This document shows, in pieces, positions 1 through 9,802 of a stretch of 64,000 bases of DNA. Numbering within the stretch: the stretch's first letter is position 1; each line of letters starts with the position of its first letter. The notes beneath the pieces were generated by a model, which ran no database searches, was not told where the DNA came from, and worked only from the letters and a program-made list of their open reading frames with translations. This stretch comes from Candidatus Bathyarchaeota archaeon (GTDB lineage: Archaea > Thermoproteota > Bathyarchaeia > Bathyarchaeales > Bathycorpusculaceae): the NCBI GenBank assembly GCA_963775465.1, contig CAVZIW010000006.1:128001-192000 (forward strand). Reading direction: 5' to 3'. Made by a program: the position numbers and the translations under genes.

Positions 1-221
1 TTATTCTCATAGGTTCCTTACGCTATTTGGAAACATCGATGCCGGCATGGCAAGCGTGGCTTATTATGGGAACTACCTCAGCTTTTGCCGCTGCAGCGCT
101 TTTCATAGCTCTCTTTTTCGTATTAAGAAAACAGCTAAGAACTACCCAAACACCAATTCAACCTTCCCCAACAAATACAACTCTGAAAAAAGAACCAGTT
201 GAACCATCAATAAACGAGTAA
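1..221 (+). CDS. 3' end of a membrane-anchored protein (partial; frame open from window start)
   Basis: No stop from nt 3 to TAA at 221; hydrophobic helix followed by RKQLR and a P/T-rich tail. Confidence 0.55.
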   Translation, partial: ILIGSLRYLETSMPAWQAWLIMGTTSAFAAAALFIALFFVLRKQLRTTQTPIQPSPTNTTLKKEPVEPSINE

Positions 222-500
222 GCATACCGTAGAACTAAAACAAGAAAATGAGAAATGAGGGCTTCAAAAGTAGTCTACGTCCAAGTTTTTGTTTGAGGTG
301 CTAGAATCTTCGGAGTGAGTTCGTTGCAGCCTTGTTTTTGTGATATTTTCAAAGTATAGATAGAACGCAGTAATGTCAACTTATTGCGAATGTTATACTC
401 TTCATCGCAGAAATAATTTTGAGGGAACTTTCTCTTCTCGGGCAAAAACATTGTTTGTCTAAAAAATAAGGCTTAAGCAAAAGGGAAAAGAAAAAGAAAT

Positions 501-1688
501 TTATTCTTCTTCTGAGGGAAGACCGATTTTGCGCAGGTAATCGCGTGCGTATTTAGGGTTGTAGGCTAACAGTTCTTTGCTTCGGAGTAATCTGCGATCA
601 AGTCTGTCTAATGCAACTCGGAAAGTGGGCTCAACACCCCAGCCTTCAGATGAACTAAAGAATGTTCCCTTGACGGTTCTGAACTGCAGACGGCAGTGAA
701 TCATAGGAGTTCCTCGCATACTGGTATTTCCATGACTCTTCATGTACACAAACAATGTTCCCATCTGGAAAGCTTCCTGATACTTATGAACAAACGAATC
801 AAACTCATCCATCATGAACGCCTGCTGCTCAGCCGAAACATCAATATCTTTGGTTCCAAACTGCACCGCCAACTTTCGATCTGCAGATGCTTCCATCTGT
901 GATATCGGCTCAAGAAAATCTAACCTTGTTACTATTCCAACCAACCGTTCTCCATCAACAACCGTCAGACAGGATATGTCATGATCATGCATTTTGCATT
1001 CAGCATCACGCAAACTCATCTTAGCATTCACTGAAATTACTGGAGAATTCATAATTCCTTTAACTGGAACACCAAGCGTCTCAATTTTTTCACCAACAAT
1101 GTCGCCTTGTCTTTGGCGTCGTTGCGGCCAATAGATATTCTCAAGAATATCTTCGATGCTAACCATACCTACCAGTTTTCCGTTGTCTAAAATGGGAACG
1201 TGCGAGATACCGCATTCACGCAAAATACCCAAAACTGCGCCGACACTGCGGTTTGACTCTAACGTGTGCGGAGCACGAGTCATCACGGTTTCGACAGTTG
1301 CTTTGCCCCAGTTTTCTGCAACAGCTGCATGAATAATATTTTCGTCAGTAACGAAACCCAAAATTTGGTTCTTCTCAACCATGGGCAGCTGTCGCATGCC
1401 ACTATTAATCATAAGCTTTGCTAACAAACTTAGAGAAGCATCTAAACCCACGGTAGGTGCAGCTTTCATTAAACTTTTAACCTTGTTTTTTGTAGGGTCA
1501 AGGTGAGAACGCAAAATTGCTCGGCGCGTAATCATGCCAACGTATTTGTCTTTTTCATCCAAGACAGCCAAAGCTGGAGGCAATCCTTTCTTAAAGCTCT
1601 CCAAGCACCTTGACAGCGAATCGGTTTCCTTTACAGAGTTGAATTTTTTTGAATAAATATCCTTAGCAGTAACGAGTGTGGACATCAA
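501..1688 (-). CDS. 4xCBS protein with C-terminal HPF/RaiA-like domain (archaeal Hib-type ribosome hibernation factor)
   Basis: Four CBS repeats (e.g. LPMVEKNQILGFVT, VPILDNGKLVGMVS); C-terminal beta-alpha-beta3-alpha pattern ending EGWGVEPTFRVALDRLDRRL. Confidence 0.75.
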   Translation of the reverse strand: MMSTLVTAKDIYSKKFNSVKETDSLSRCLESFKKGLPPALAVLDEKDKYVGMITRRAILRSHLDPTKNKVKSLMKAAPTVGLDASLSLLAKLMINSGMRQLPMVEKNQILGFVTDENIIHAAVAENWGKATVETVMTRAPHTLESNRSVGAVLGILRECGISHVPILDNGKLVGMVSIEDILENIYWPQRRQRQGDIVGEKIETLGVPVKGIMNSPVISVNAKMSLRDAECKMHDHDISCLTVVDGERLVGIVTRLDFLEPISQMEASADRKLAVQFGTKDIDVSAEQQAFMMDEFDSFVHKYQEAFQMGTLFVYMKSHGNTSMRGTPMIHCRLQFRTVKGTFFSSSEGWGVEPTFRVALDRLDRRLLRSKELLAYNPKYARDYLRKIGLPSEEE

Positions 1689-2103
1689 TAATCACTGGAA
1701 AATTTATGTGAAGAGAAGAATTTAAACATTGCAAACCTTAATCCGCGATACAAATGAGCGATAGACCAGTTGTCCTTTCCATTGCAAAATGTTAATTCCA
1801 ACATTGAAGGTTAAACTAAGTTGATGCATAAAAATCTTAAAAAAATAAAGTCAAACTTGAACATGAAGAGAAGATGCTGCTTATGCTGTTGCAACCCAAT
1901 TTAAAATCATAAGTTGCATCAATCAAAAAAAACCAACCAAAAAACAAAAAAATTGCATCACAAAAATAACAACGGAATTACAATTTTCAAATCCAGAAAA
2001 GACACCCATTTGAATACTACATACTTCAAGAAGATTTGACCATAACCTATATGCTTAATAGCAAAGCAGTCAAAATTATCTGGATCTGGAGTAGAAAACT
2101 GCT

Positions 2104-2841
2104 TTGTTTGCTGTCGGGCACATGTCTTTGGCTTACCTTTTAGGCAAAGGCTCTGGCAAACTCGTAGGCGTGAAACCTAATGTTGCTCTGCTTATGGTTG
2201 TCTCAATTTTGCCCGACATTGACATAGTTTTCGACTTCTTAACAGGATCACAAATACACCGAGGTCCAACACATTCAATCGTTGTTGCATTCCTGGCGTT
2301 CATCCCTCTCTTCATTATTTATCGCAAAAAAGCAATTCCCTACTTCTTAGCCTTAATTTCTCATCCCTTAATTGGGGACTTTTTCATAGGAGGGCACCTT
2401 CAGCTATTTTGGCCTCTTTCAACAACTGACTTTGGGCTGCACGAGTTGGGATACCTCTTTATCGGCATCTTTAGCCCCATCAACATCACTTTAGAGTTGA
2501 TCTTGTTCGTTTTCGCTATGCTCGTTTTATACAAATCCAAAGACTGGAAAGTATTTTTTAAAGCAAATAGAACCAACCTTATTCTAATAATCCCTGTTGC
2601 CACAGTTTTGCTCCCCAGCACCGTCGGATATCCGTTTACTGAGTCTTTGCTTTTGTCCGAACCACTTCTGGCTTTAGCACACTTAGTTTACCTCGGGCTA
2701 TTTGTTATCGCCATTTTAAAGTCGCTTTCACTTCTTTACAAACGACTCGCTAAACATGATTCGAGCCAATTTCAGCCTAATCCCAAAACCCTCAAGCAAC
2801 AAATGAATAAAAAACAAAGAAAACTGCCCAATAACATTTAA
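2104..2841 (+). CDS. Membrane metal-dependent hydrolase (YdjM-like)
   Basis: GH, LPDID, HRGPTHS and SHPLIGD motifs; multiple TM helices. Confidence 0.8.
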   Translation: MFAVGHMSLAYLLGKGSGKLVGVKPNVALLMVVSILPDIDIVFDFLTGSQIHRGPTHSIVVAFLAFIPLFIIYRKKAIPYFLALISHPLIGDFFIGGHLQLFWPLSTTDFGLHELGYLFIGIFSPINITLELILFVFAMLVLYKSKDWKVFFKANRTNLILIIPVATVLLPSTVGYPFTESLLLSEPLLALAHLVYLGLFVIAILKSLSLLYKRLAKHDSSQFQPNPKTLKQQMNKKQRKLPNNI

Positions 2842-3078
2842 CAAATAAATTACTTCCAAAGTAAATCTACAAAAACCAAGTAAAATGTATCCTAAAACTA
2901 TCAAACCTTTAGAAAAAATGATGATAACGTTCTAAGCTTCGATTTACGATTTTCTCCTTAGAAAAAACGGTTTCTTCAAGCAATATTTATACGACAGCTC
3001 CACAATGACTTTTCCAGCTAAAAAGTATAAAGGCATAATGCAAAATCAATCATGCTCTATGCCTCTGGTGATAAATAA

Positions 3079-4026
3079 ATGCCGTTAAAAACCATAAAGC
3101 AAGATGCGGCAGATGCTTTAACATTAGAATGGATTTTGCAGGTTAAAGATTACAAATTAACATTGGACAAGAACCGTTGTGTTGGTTGCCAAATATGTAG
3201 CCTAGCTTGCCCAAAAGAGGCCATAAAAACCACAAAGCAACCAAAAATCGAAGGAGAAAAAACAAAAAAAGCCAAAGTAGACATCGACTTGGCAAAATGC
3301 AACTTTTGCGGAATCTGCGATGTCACATGTCCTTATGGAGCAATAAAGGTAACACTAAACGGAGCACATAATCTCTCCATAATAGACAAGGAAAGCTACC
3401 CCAAACTAATCAGAGAATTCGATGTAGATACACACAAATGCGAAAAAGAATGCGTCGAATGCGAAACCGCTTGCCCCTTGTCACTCATCAAAATCACAAA
3501 AACAGGATTTGACGGAAATCCCATTCAAGACATAAAAGAACTCTCACCAACCGCCAAACAAAGGGTCCAACTAAACATAGACATCCAAAAAGAATTCTGC
3601 CCAACCTGCAAAATCTGCGAACTCAAATGCACCCAAGGAGCACTAAAAGTCAAAAAAACATTCGAGGGAAAAATCGCAATAAACAAAGAAAAATGCCCCG
3701 AAAACTGCAAAGACTGTCTAGACGTTTGCCCCATCCCAGGAACACTCGTACTGGGAGACGACAAAAAAGTCTACGTAAACGAGTCATCATGTACCTATTG
3801 TGGCGCATGCAAAAACGTGTGTCCAATCGATGAAGCACTATGCGTTAAAAGAACAACCGTTTGCCACACACCGATCCACTCAGGAACATGGAACAAGGCA
3901 ATGGAACGCATAACAAGCCCAGCAGACGCAGCCAAAGAGCTCAAAGCCCAAGCAGCAAAAAGCAGACGCAAAGTCATCGAAAAACGCTTCCAATCTGAAG
4001 AGCTAAAAACAGAGGATTACGCATGA
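3079..4026 (+). CDS. Polyferredoxin (FwdF/MvhB-like, about six 4Fe-4S motifs)
   Basis: Repeated CxxCxxCxxxCP motifs; ATGA overlap with hdrA. Confidence 0.85.
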   Translation: MPLKTIKQDAADALTLEWILQVKDYKLTLDKNRCVGCQICSLACPKEAIKTTKQPKIEGEKTKKAKVDIDLAKCNFCGICDVTCPYGAIKVTLNGAHNLSIIDKESYPKLIREFDVDTHKCEKECVECETACPLSLIKITKTGFDGNPIQDIKELSPTAKQRVQLNIDIQKEFCPTCKICELKCTQGALKVKKTFEGKIAINKEKCPENCKDCLDVCPIPGTLVLGDDKKVYVNESSCTYCGACKNVCPIDEALCVKRTTVCHTPIHSGTWNKAMERITSPADAAKELKAQAAKSRRKVIEKRFQSEELKTEDYA

Positions 4027-6479
4027 GCAAGCCACAGACCTTAGCACCTGAACAATCTGAAACATGTGCATGCAAACCCGAAGAACTCAGAGTAGGAGTC
4101 TTCGTATGTCACTGTGGACTAAACATTGCAGGAACCGTCGACGTTCACGCCGTAGCCGACTACGCAAAAACCATACCGGACGTAGTTTTCGTAAAAGAAA
4201 ACCGCTACACCTGCGCAGACCCCGGACAGGCCGAAATAAGAAAAGCTATCAAAGAACAAAAACTAAACCGCGTCGTTATTGCCGCATGTTCACCAAGAAT
4301 GCATGAACCTACCTTCAGACGCACGGTCGCAGAAGCAGGACTAAACAGCTTTCTCTACGAAATGGCCAACATCCGCGAATTCGCCTCCTGGTGTCACCAA
4401 AGCGACCCAGCCGCAGCAACCGAACGTGCAAAAGACGCAGTACGCATGGCAGTTGCAAAAGTACGTTTAATGCAGCCCCTGCAAACTATCGAAGTCCCAG
4501 TAACCAACAAAGCTCTTATCATCGGCGGTGGAATCGCAGGGATGAATGCAGCTTTAGACCTTGCTGAACAAGGCTTCAAGGTTTACATGCTGGAAAACTC
4601 TCAGAGCATCGGCGGTCACATGGCTGCTTTGGATAAAACCTTCCCAACCTTAGACTGCAGCATTTGCATTGAAGGACCAAAAATGGTAGATTGCGCACGT
4701 CACCCCAACATAACCATTTTCGCCAGCTCCGAGCTTGTTAAAGTTGACGGATACATTGGCAACTTTAAAGTAAAAATCCGTAAGAACCCACGTTATGTTA
4801 TCCCAGAAAGATGCACAGGCTGCGGCGAATGCAAGGATGCTTGTCCAATCGAGTACCCCAACGAGTGGGATATGAACCTTGGAACTCGCAAAGCCATATC
4901 TGTTCCTTTTGACCAGACAGTTCCTTTAATCTATTCTATAAATAGAGACTACTGCATTGAATGCTTCAAATGCACAGAAGTTTGCGGTGAACGACAAGCC
5001 ATCGACTTTAACCAGAAACCTGAAGAAGTCGAATTCGACGTGGGCGCAATAATAGTTTCAACAGGCTTTGATGTTTACCTACCGTACGATATGCCTTTGC
5101 TGGGCTATGGAAAATACCCAAACGTTATAACCAGCATGGAGTTTGAACGATTAATTCTAGCAGCTGGTCCCACCGGAGGCAAAGTCATCCGTCAAAGCGA
5201 CGGAAGAAAACCCCACCGAATTGCCTTCATCCAATGTGTCGGAAGCCGAGACAAAACCCACTATCCATACTGCAGCAACTTCTGTTGCATGTACACACTA
5301 AAACATGTGGTGCAGCTTAAAGAGAAATACAAAGAAGACGTGGAAGTCTACGTTTTCTACATGGACATACGCAGCCCAGGCAAAGGATACGAAGAATTCT
5401 ACGACAGAGCCCGCGAACGAGGCGTAAACTTCGTACGCGGAAGAGTAAGCCGAATCGACGAAGATCCAACAACTCACAATCTAACAGTCCACTCTGAGGA
5501 CTCATTGCTTGGAGCCCCCATCGAAATCGATGTAGACATGGTCGTACTCGCAACAGCAGCCATACCCAAAAAAGGCTCAGAAGAAGTCGCACGCATCCTC
5601 AACCTATCACGCGGATCAGACGGCTTCTTTATGGAAGCCCACCCAAAACTAAAACCCATGGATGCACCCACCGACGGAGTCTTCTACGCCGGTGCATGCG
5701 CAGGACTAAAAGACATACCCTACAGTGTATCACAAGGCAGCGGCGCCGCATCAAGAGCCGCAACAGTGATTAGCAAACCAAAATGGAAAATCGAACCAAT
5801 AATATCCATAATTGACGAAGCCAAATGTAAAAAATGTGGTATCTGCGTTAGCAAATGCCCCTACGGCGCAATCCGTCAAGAACCTGGCAAACCTGCCAAC
5901 ATCATCACAGCAAGCTGCCACGGTTGCGGAACATGCGTTGCAGAATGCCCACAACACGCAATCACCCAAATGCACTTCACCGATGCACAAATCATGGCTC
6001 AAGTTCGAGCAGCACTCGAAGACAAACCCGAAGAAAAAATCCTGGCCATCCTATGCAATTGGTGCAGCTATGCCGGTGCAGACCTAGCAGGCATCAGCAG
6101 ATGCGATTACCCTGCTAGTGTCAGAGCCATCCGTGTCATGTGTAGCGGTAGAGTTGCTCGAGAATTCGTTCTTGAAGCCCTTCGGCTTGGCGCTGGCATG
6201 GTTTTAATTGGCGCATGTCACTTGCCATATGACTGCCACTATATCAGCGGAAACTACAAGATGAAAGCCCGAACCGACGCCCTCAAAACAATGCTGACTA
6301 AGCTGGGAATGAGTCCAGAACGGTTCCGAGTTGAATATGTTTCTGCCGCGGAAGGAATCCATTACTCCGAAGTGATTAAAGAAATTGATGCCGACATGAA
6401 AGCTTTGGGCAAAGAGAAAATTCAAGCAGAAAACGCTAAACTAAAGCCGTTTCTTGAGAATATGCTAAAACGCAAATAA
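4023..6479 (+). CDS. hdrA: Heterodisulfide reductase subunit A fused to C-terminal MvhD
   Basis: GVFVCHCG, ACSPRMHE, GGGIAG, DKTFPTLDCSIC and QCVGSRD; MvhD motifs CNWCSYAGAD and RVMCSGRV. Confidence 0.93.
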   Translation: MSKPQTLAPEQSETCACKPEELRVGVFVCHCGLNIAGTVDVHAVADYAKTIPDVVFVKENRYTCADPGQAEIRKAIKEQKLNRVVIAACSPRMHEPTFRRTVAEAGLNSFLYEMANIREFASWCHQSDPAAATERAKDAVRMAVAKVRLMQPLQTIEVPVTNKALIIGGGIAGMNAALDLAEQGFKVYMLENSQSIGGHMAALDKTFPTLDCSICIEGPKMVDCARHPNITIFASSELVKVDGYIGNFKVKIRKNPRYVIPERCTGCGECKDACPIEYPNEWDMNLGTRKAISVPFDQTVPLIYSINRDYCIECFKCTEVCGERQAIDFNQKPEEVEFDVGAIIVSTGFDVYLPYDMPLLGYGKYPNVITSMEFERLILAAGPTGGKVIRQSDGRKPHRIAFIQCVGSRDKTHYPYCSNFCCMYTLKHVVQLKEKYKEDVEVYVFYMDIRSPGKGYEEFYDRARERGVNFVRGRVSRIDEDPTTHNLTVHSEDSLLGAPIEIDVDMVVLATAAIPKKGSEEVARILNLSRGSDGFFMEAHPKLKPMDAPTDGVFYAGACAGLKDIPYSVSQGSGAASRAATVISKPKWKIEPIISIIDEAKCKKCGICVSKCPYGAIRQEPGKPANIITASCHGCGTCVAECPQHAITQMHFTDAQIMAQVRAALEDKPEEKILAILCNWCSYAGADLAGISRCDYPASVRAIRVMCSGRVAREFVLEALRLGAGMVLIGACHLPYDCHYISGNYKMKARTDALKTMLTKLGMSPERFRVEYVSAAEGIHYSEVIKEIDADMKALGKEKIQAENAKLKPFLENMLKRK

Positions 6480-6549
6480 ACCAAATTCCTCTTTTTGCGA
6501 CTATTATTGAACTATTCAAGTGCATTTGCTTTTTTAAGACTTAGTGCCG

Positions 6550-7215
6550 TTAAAATTGTTTTTTCTCAAACAGCAGAATTGCTCCAGCAAGCAAAGCTGC
6601 GGCAACAGCTCCCGCAAGACCAATTGTAAAGAACGCTGCATTTTGGATGTTTAGTAAAGTCGGTACAAGGGGAATCACAGAAATTTGGTTCCCGCCATAA
6701 ATGACTAATATTGCTCCAACCAGAACCGAGGGTGAAGCTACACCGATGATTACTCCAGCTGAGCAGGCAACCGCAATCATGGATAAACTGGTTGCCAAGG
6801 ACTGACCGGCATCGGCTAAAATGTTTGTTGATAATGCACCCGTTGAGGCAAAATCAACGGTTATTCCCGCTAAGACTGCGATTAAGCTCGCAATTGCCAC
6901 GCATACATAGACTGAGAAGAACTTTGCCAAGATGATGTCTCTTCTTTTTAGGGGCCTGATTAGAAACAAGTCATAGACGTGTCTGTTTTTCTCGTTGATC
7001 AAAAAAACTGCAAGCATGACAGAAGCTAATGTGCCGCCGATGCTGGAAACCACTAGAGCTGAGACAAGTGTGAAAGGCAAGCTTTGTCCAGAACTGATTG
7101 ATGAAATGTATCGAAACAGCAGCGCTATCACCGGCAAGCCAATCCAAAGGAAAATCATAACTTTAGACTTGTAGAATCCTCTCAGCTCATCAACAAAAAG
7201 AAGCCCTAATTGCAT
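6550..7215 (-). CDS. ABC-2 type exporter permease
   Basis: About six TM helices; EKNRHVYDLFLIRPL...ILAKF motif; overlaps ATPase stop. Confidence 0.8.
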   Translation of the reverse strand: MQLGLLFVDELRGFYKSKVMIFLWIGLPVIALLFRYISSISSGQSLPFTLVSALVVSSIGGTLASVMLAVFLINEKNRHVYDLFLIRPLKRRDIILAKFFSVYVCVAIASLIAVLAGITVDFASTGALSTNILADAGQSLATSLSMIAVACSAGVIIGVASPSVLVGAILVIYGGNQISVIPLVPTLLNIQNAAFFTIGLAGAVAAALLAGAILLFEKKQF

Positions 7216-8183
7216 CAGTTCTCAGCCTCCGAGACATAGTTAAAGTAAATTTCATCTAATGAAGGTTCCAACAATGTGACTCCTCGAACTCGAATGCCTA
7301 ATTCCACAATTTTTTGAATTACGTCATTTACAACTTGGTCCTCGTCTGCACCGTTTTCAAGGTCTAAAATAAGTCTTCCAGGTGAAGGCTGCTCAATATC
7401 AGTCACGTTTTTTACTTTGCCAAGCAGCTGCCATTTGTCGCTGGCATAGGTCATTAAAACCTGTAGGGTCTTCTTGGAAGAAAGAGAAGTCTTCAACTCA
7501 TTTATGGTTCCGACTTGTTTTATTTTGCCCCTGTTAATGATGCCGATTCTATCCGCTACATCTTGTACGTCGCTAAGGATATGTGACGAAAACAGGATAG
7601 TTGCCCCATTGCTCGCAAGTTTTAGGACGATTTCTTTGAATTGATGGCGACTCAAAGGATCCAAACCGCTAAGAGGCTCATCTAATACTAGAAGTTTAGG
7701 TTCATGAAGAAGCGCCTGTGCCAATCCCACTTTCTGCATCATTCCACCCGACAATTGAGACACTTTCTTGTATCTAGCGTCAGCTAAACCGATTAGCTCC
7801 AAGATTTCAGGGATTCGTTGTTCAATTTTCTCATTGCCCAAGCCAGACAGTTTCCCAAAGGTTACCAGTGCTTGGTTTACAGTTCGCCAATCTTGGAAGG
7901 CAACGCTTTGAGGCAAATAACCCAACAGTTTGTAGCTTTCCTCTCTCTTTTCAGGGAGTCGGTAACCGCTTAATTTGACTTCTCCCCAAAAATTAGTAAT
8001 TAAGCCAACAAGGATTTTCATAGTGGTTGTTTTGCCTGCGCCGTTAGGACCGATATACCCAAAGATTTCCCCTGTTTTTATGCTAAAAGACACATCGTCT
8101 AATGCTCTAAACCCATTGTAGTCTTTAGTTACGTTCTGAAACACGACGCAGTTGTTGCTGTCGATTGATGAGTTATTGATCAT
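7215..8183 (-). CDS. ABC exporter ATP-binding protein
   Basis: GPNGAGKTT, LSGGM, LLVLDEP, SSH. Confidence 0.93.
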   Translation of the reverse strand: MINNSSIDSNNCVVFQNVTKDYNGFRALDDVSFSIKTGEIFGYIGPNGAGKTTTMKILVGLITNFWGEVKLSGYRLPEKREESYKLLGYLPQSVAFQDWRTVNQALVTFGKLSGLGNEKIEQRIPEILELIGLADARYKKVSQLSGGMMQKVGLAQALLHEPKLLVLDEPLSGLDPLSRHQFKEIVLKLASNGATILFSSHILSDVQDVADRIGIINRGKIKQVGTINELKTSLSSKKTLQVLMTYASDKWQLLGKVKNVTDIEQPSPGRLILDLENGADEDQVVNDVIQKIVELGIRVRGVTLLEPSLDEIYFNYVSEAEN

Positions 8184-8370
8184 CTTGTTATAGCCCGTAA
8201 ACTGTTACTAAGCAACTGCAATTTAAGATTTGAGATGGGCTTTCAAGGATAAGTCTTCTTATACTCTAACAAAGTATTTTTTGAAACTACACACGGTCTC
8301 GGCATTAATTCGCCTTAATAAAAGAGAAAATCAAAAAATTATTACAGTTTAATAAAATTTTAGGAAAAGT

Positions 8371-8652
8371 TTAGTCTTCTTCGTAGAGTTTTCGTTCTTT
8401 AATTTTCAGGGTGTTTTCTTCGTCAGCGATAACTTTGAAGTTTTCCGTTAGTTCATGTTTATGTAGGAACTTTTTGACTGTAATTCGAACGTATTTTTTG
8501 GCAAGTGCTGCGCCTTCGCCTTTTACGGTAACCATTTTTGAATCGGTTGTTACATCTCCGCCTGTTTTTTCCTTAAGGAAATCGGCTAACTTCTCAATTA
8601 GTTTGCGCTCTTCACCTTTTAGTTCTGAAGCATTGACTTTCATTTCAACCAT
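8371..8652 (-). CDS. rpl22e: Ribosomal protein eL22 (L22e)
   Basis: LADFLKEK...KKYVRITVKKFLHKHEL...FKVIA resembles the eL22 core; GAGGTGA SD. Confidence 0.78.
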   Translation of the reverse strand: MVEMKVNASELKGEERKLIEKLADFLKEKTGGDVTTDSKMVTVKGEGAALAKKYVRITVKKFLHKHELTENFKVIADEENTLKIKERKLYEED

Positions 8653-8739
8653 TTTTTGTTCACCTCGATTCGCGTCATTGCAAATCTCTGTTAGCTGTCT
8701 TTGTCATGACTGCTCTATTGATAAGTTTTCCGCTCTAAC

Positions 8740-8802
8740 TTGTCAGTTCGCCCGTCGAGTCTTTCTCACTGCAAAGCTCAGACTCTAGTGCTCATCATCC
8801 AA
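8740..8802 (-). ncRNA. C/D box guide sRNA, predicted to direct 2'-O-methylation of 16S rRNA C1402 (E. coli numbering)
   Basis: C box ATGATGA 8798-8792, D' CTGA 8781-8778, degenerate C' GTGAGAA, D CTGA 8746-8743; D guide CGACGGGCGAA is complementary to conserved 16S CGCCCGUC(G); terminal TTG/CAA stem. Confidence 0.8.
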
Positions 8803-9125
8803 ATCTTCAATTTACGAAGAACCATAAGTCTCTTGCGTTTTGGTAACAAATTTGTATGAGTTGACTGAAAATCGGTGCTTTCTTTAACTCGCATAATTCA
8901 TCAGAGTCATATTTTGATTTCTTGCGGTAATGTTATCTGTATAGGTGCTCTTTGCCTTTCTAGAAGTTGTTTTTATTTAGTATAACAATGTTTAAAAGGG
9001 CGATTCCCATTTTTGATTGGCTTCCGAAACAGTAGGTACATGTGCGAATCAGTTGGGCGCTGATCAGGAAGACTTGTTCTCAAGTTTCGAGAAAAAAATC
9101 ATAATAACAGGAGGAAAAGAAAAAG

Positions 9126-9251
9126 ATGTTGTCGAGAGATTGCGATGGATGCTCTCAAATGAAAACGTGCCGCAAAAGATTTGTTATCGCTGAGGTTGGC
9201 GAGAAAGTCTATTGCCCAGACGGAACAGCCCATCTAGTAGATGGAAATTAA
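9126..9251 (+). CDS. 41-aa Cys-rich micro-protein (putative zinc finger)
   Basis: MLSRDCDGCSQMKTCRKRFVIAEVGEKVYCPDGTAHLVDGN; AGGAGG SD upstream; below ORF-track cutoff. Confidence 0.65.
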   Translation: MLSRDCDGCSQMKTCRKRFVIAEVGEKVYCPDGTAHLVDGN

Positions 9252-9290
9252 AACAAAAATAAAGTATTACTTCTTTATTTTCTCGTTTCT

Positions 9291-9704
9291 TTAGGTTAAG
9301 GTTTGTAAAGTTTTCTTTACGTGCTCAAGAATTTCTGTTAAATCTGCTTCTTTGTCAGGTTTCATGCCTTTTTTGGAAACCTTCAGAATAGTTTCATAGC
9401 CCTTCTTTTTTAACTCCTTTTCCATTGCATTCATTGTTCGGTTGTTTCCGAAAAGACGGAAAGTACAGAAGAGGATAGCTTTTCCATCTTCCCGACGGTT
9501 CATGTTTGCTATGAATGCGGCAGTTTCTTTAGCGGGGCTGGAGCCTTCTACGGGCGTGCCCAAAACAAGTGGATTAAAAGTTTCGATGGTGGAAGGTAAA
9601 GTGCCTGCTATATTCATGAGTGGAGCATTTATGGAATCAGATATTGCCTGGGCGACACGTTGCGTGTTGCCTGTTCTGGAGAAGTAAACTACGACGGGAT
9701 CCAT
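9291..9704 (-). CDS. Flavodoxin-family protein
   Basis: YFSRTGNT FMN-phosphate loop; LGTPV. Confidence 0.85.
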   Translation of the reverse strand: MDPVVVYFSRTGNTQRVAQAISDSINAPLMNIAGTLPSTIETFNPLVLGTPVEGSSPAKETAAFIANMNRREDGKAILFCTFRLFGNNRTMNAMEKELKKKGYETILKVSKKGMKPDKEADLTEILEHVKKTLQTLT

Positions 9705-9802
9705 GTGTCAAATAGCGTTTGTTTGCTTAATATAATTTCGCTCTTGAGCGGTTGTGCAATTTTAATATCCTAGACTTGTGAGTATTTGTGTGAGCGAAAG
9801 AC

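Noticed and set aside
2918-2980. ATGATGA C-box-like motif (also on the minus strand near 16140 and 28585)
   Set aside because: No properly spaced CTGA D/D' boxes or recognisable rRNA complement
3525-6425. Many short alternative-frame or antisense ORFs inside polyferredoxin/hdrA and other genes
   Set aside because: Shadow ORFs produced by biased codon usage
8773-8784. 12-mer AAAGCTCAGACT also present near 16150
   Set aside because: 12-mer matches are expected by chance in 64 kb
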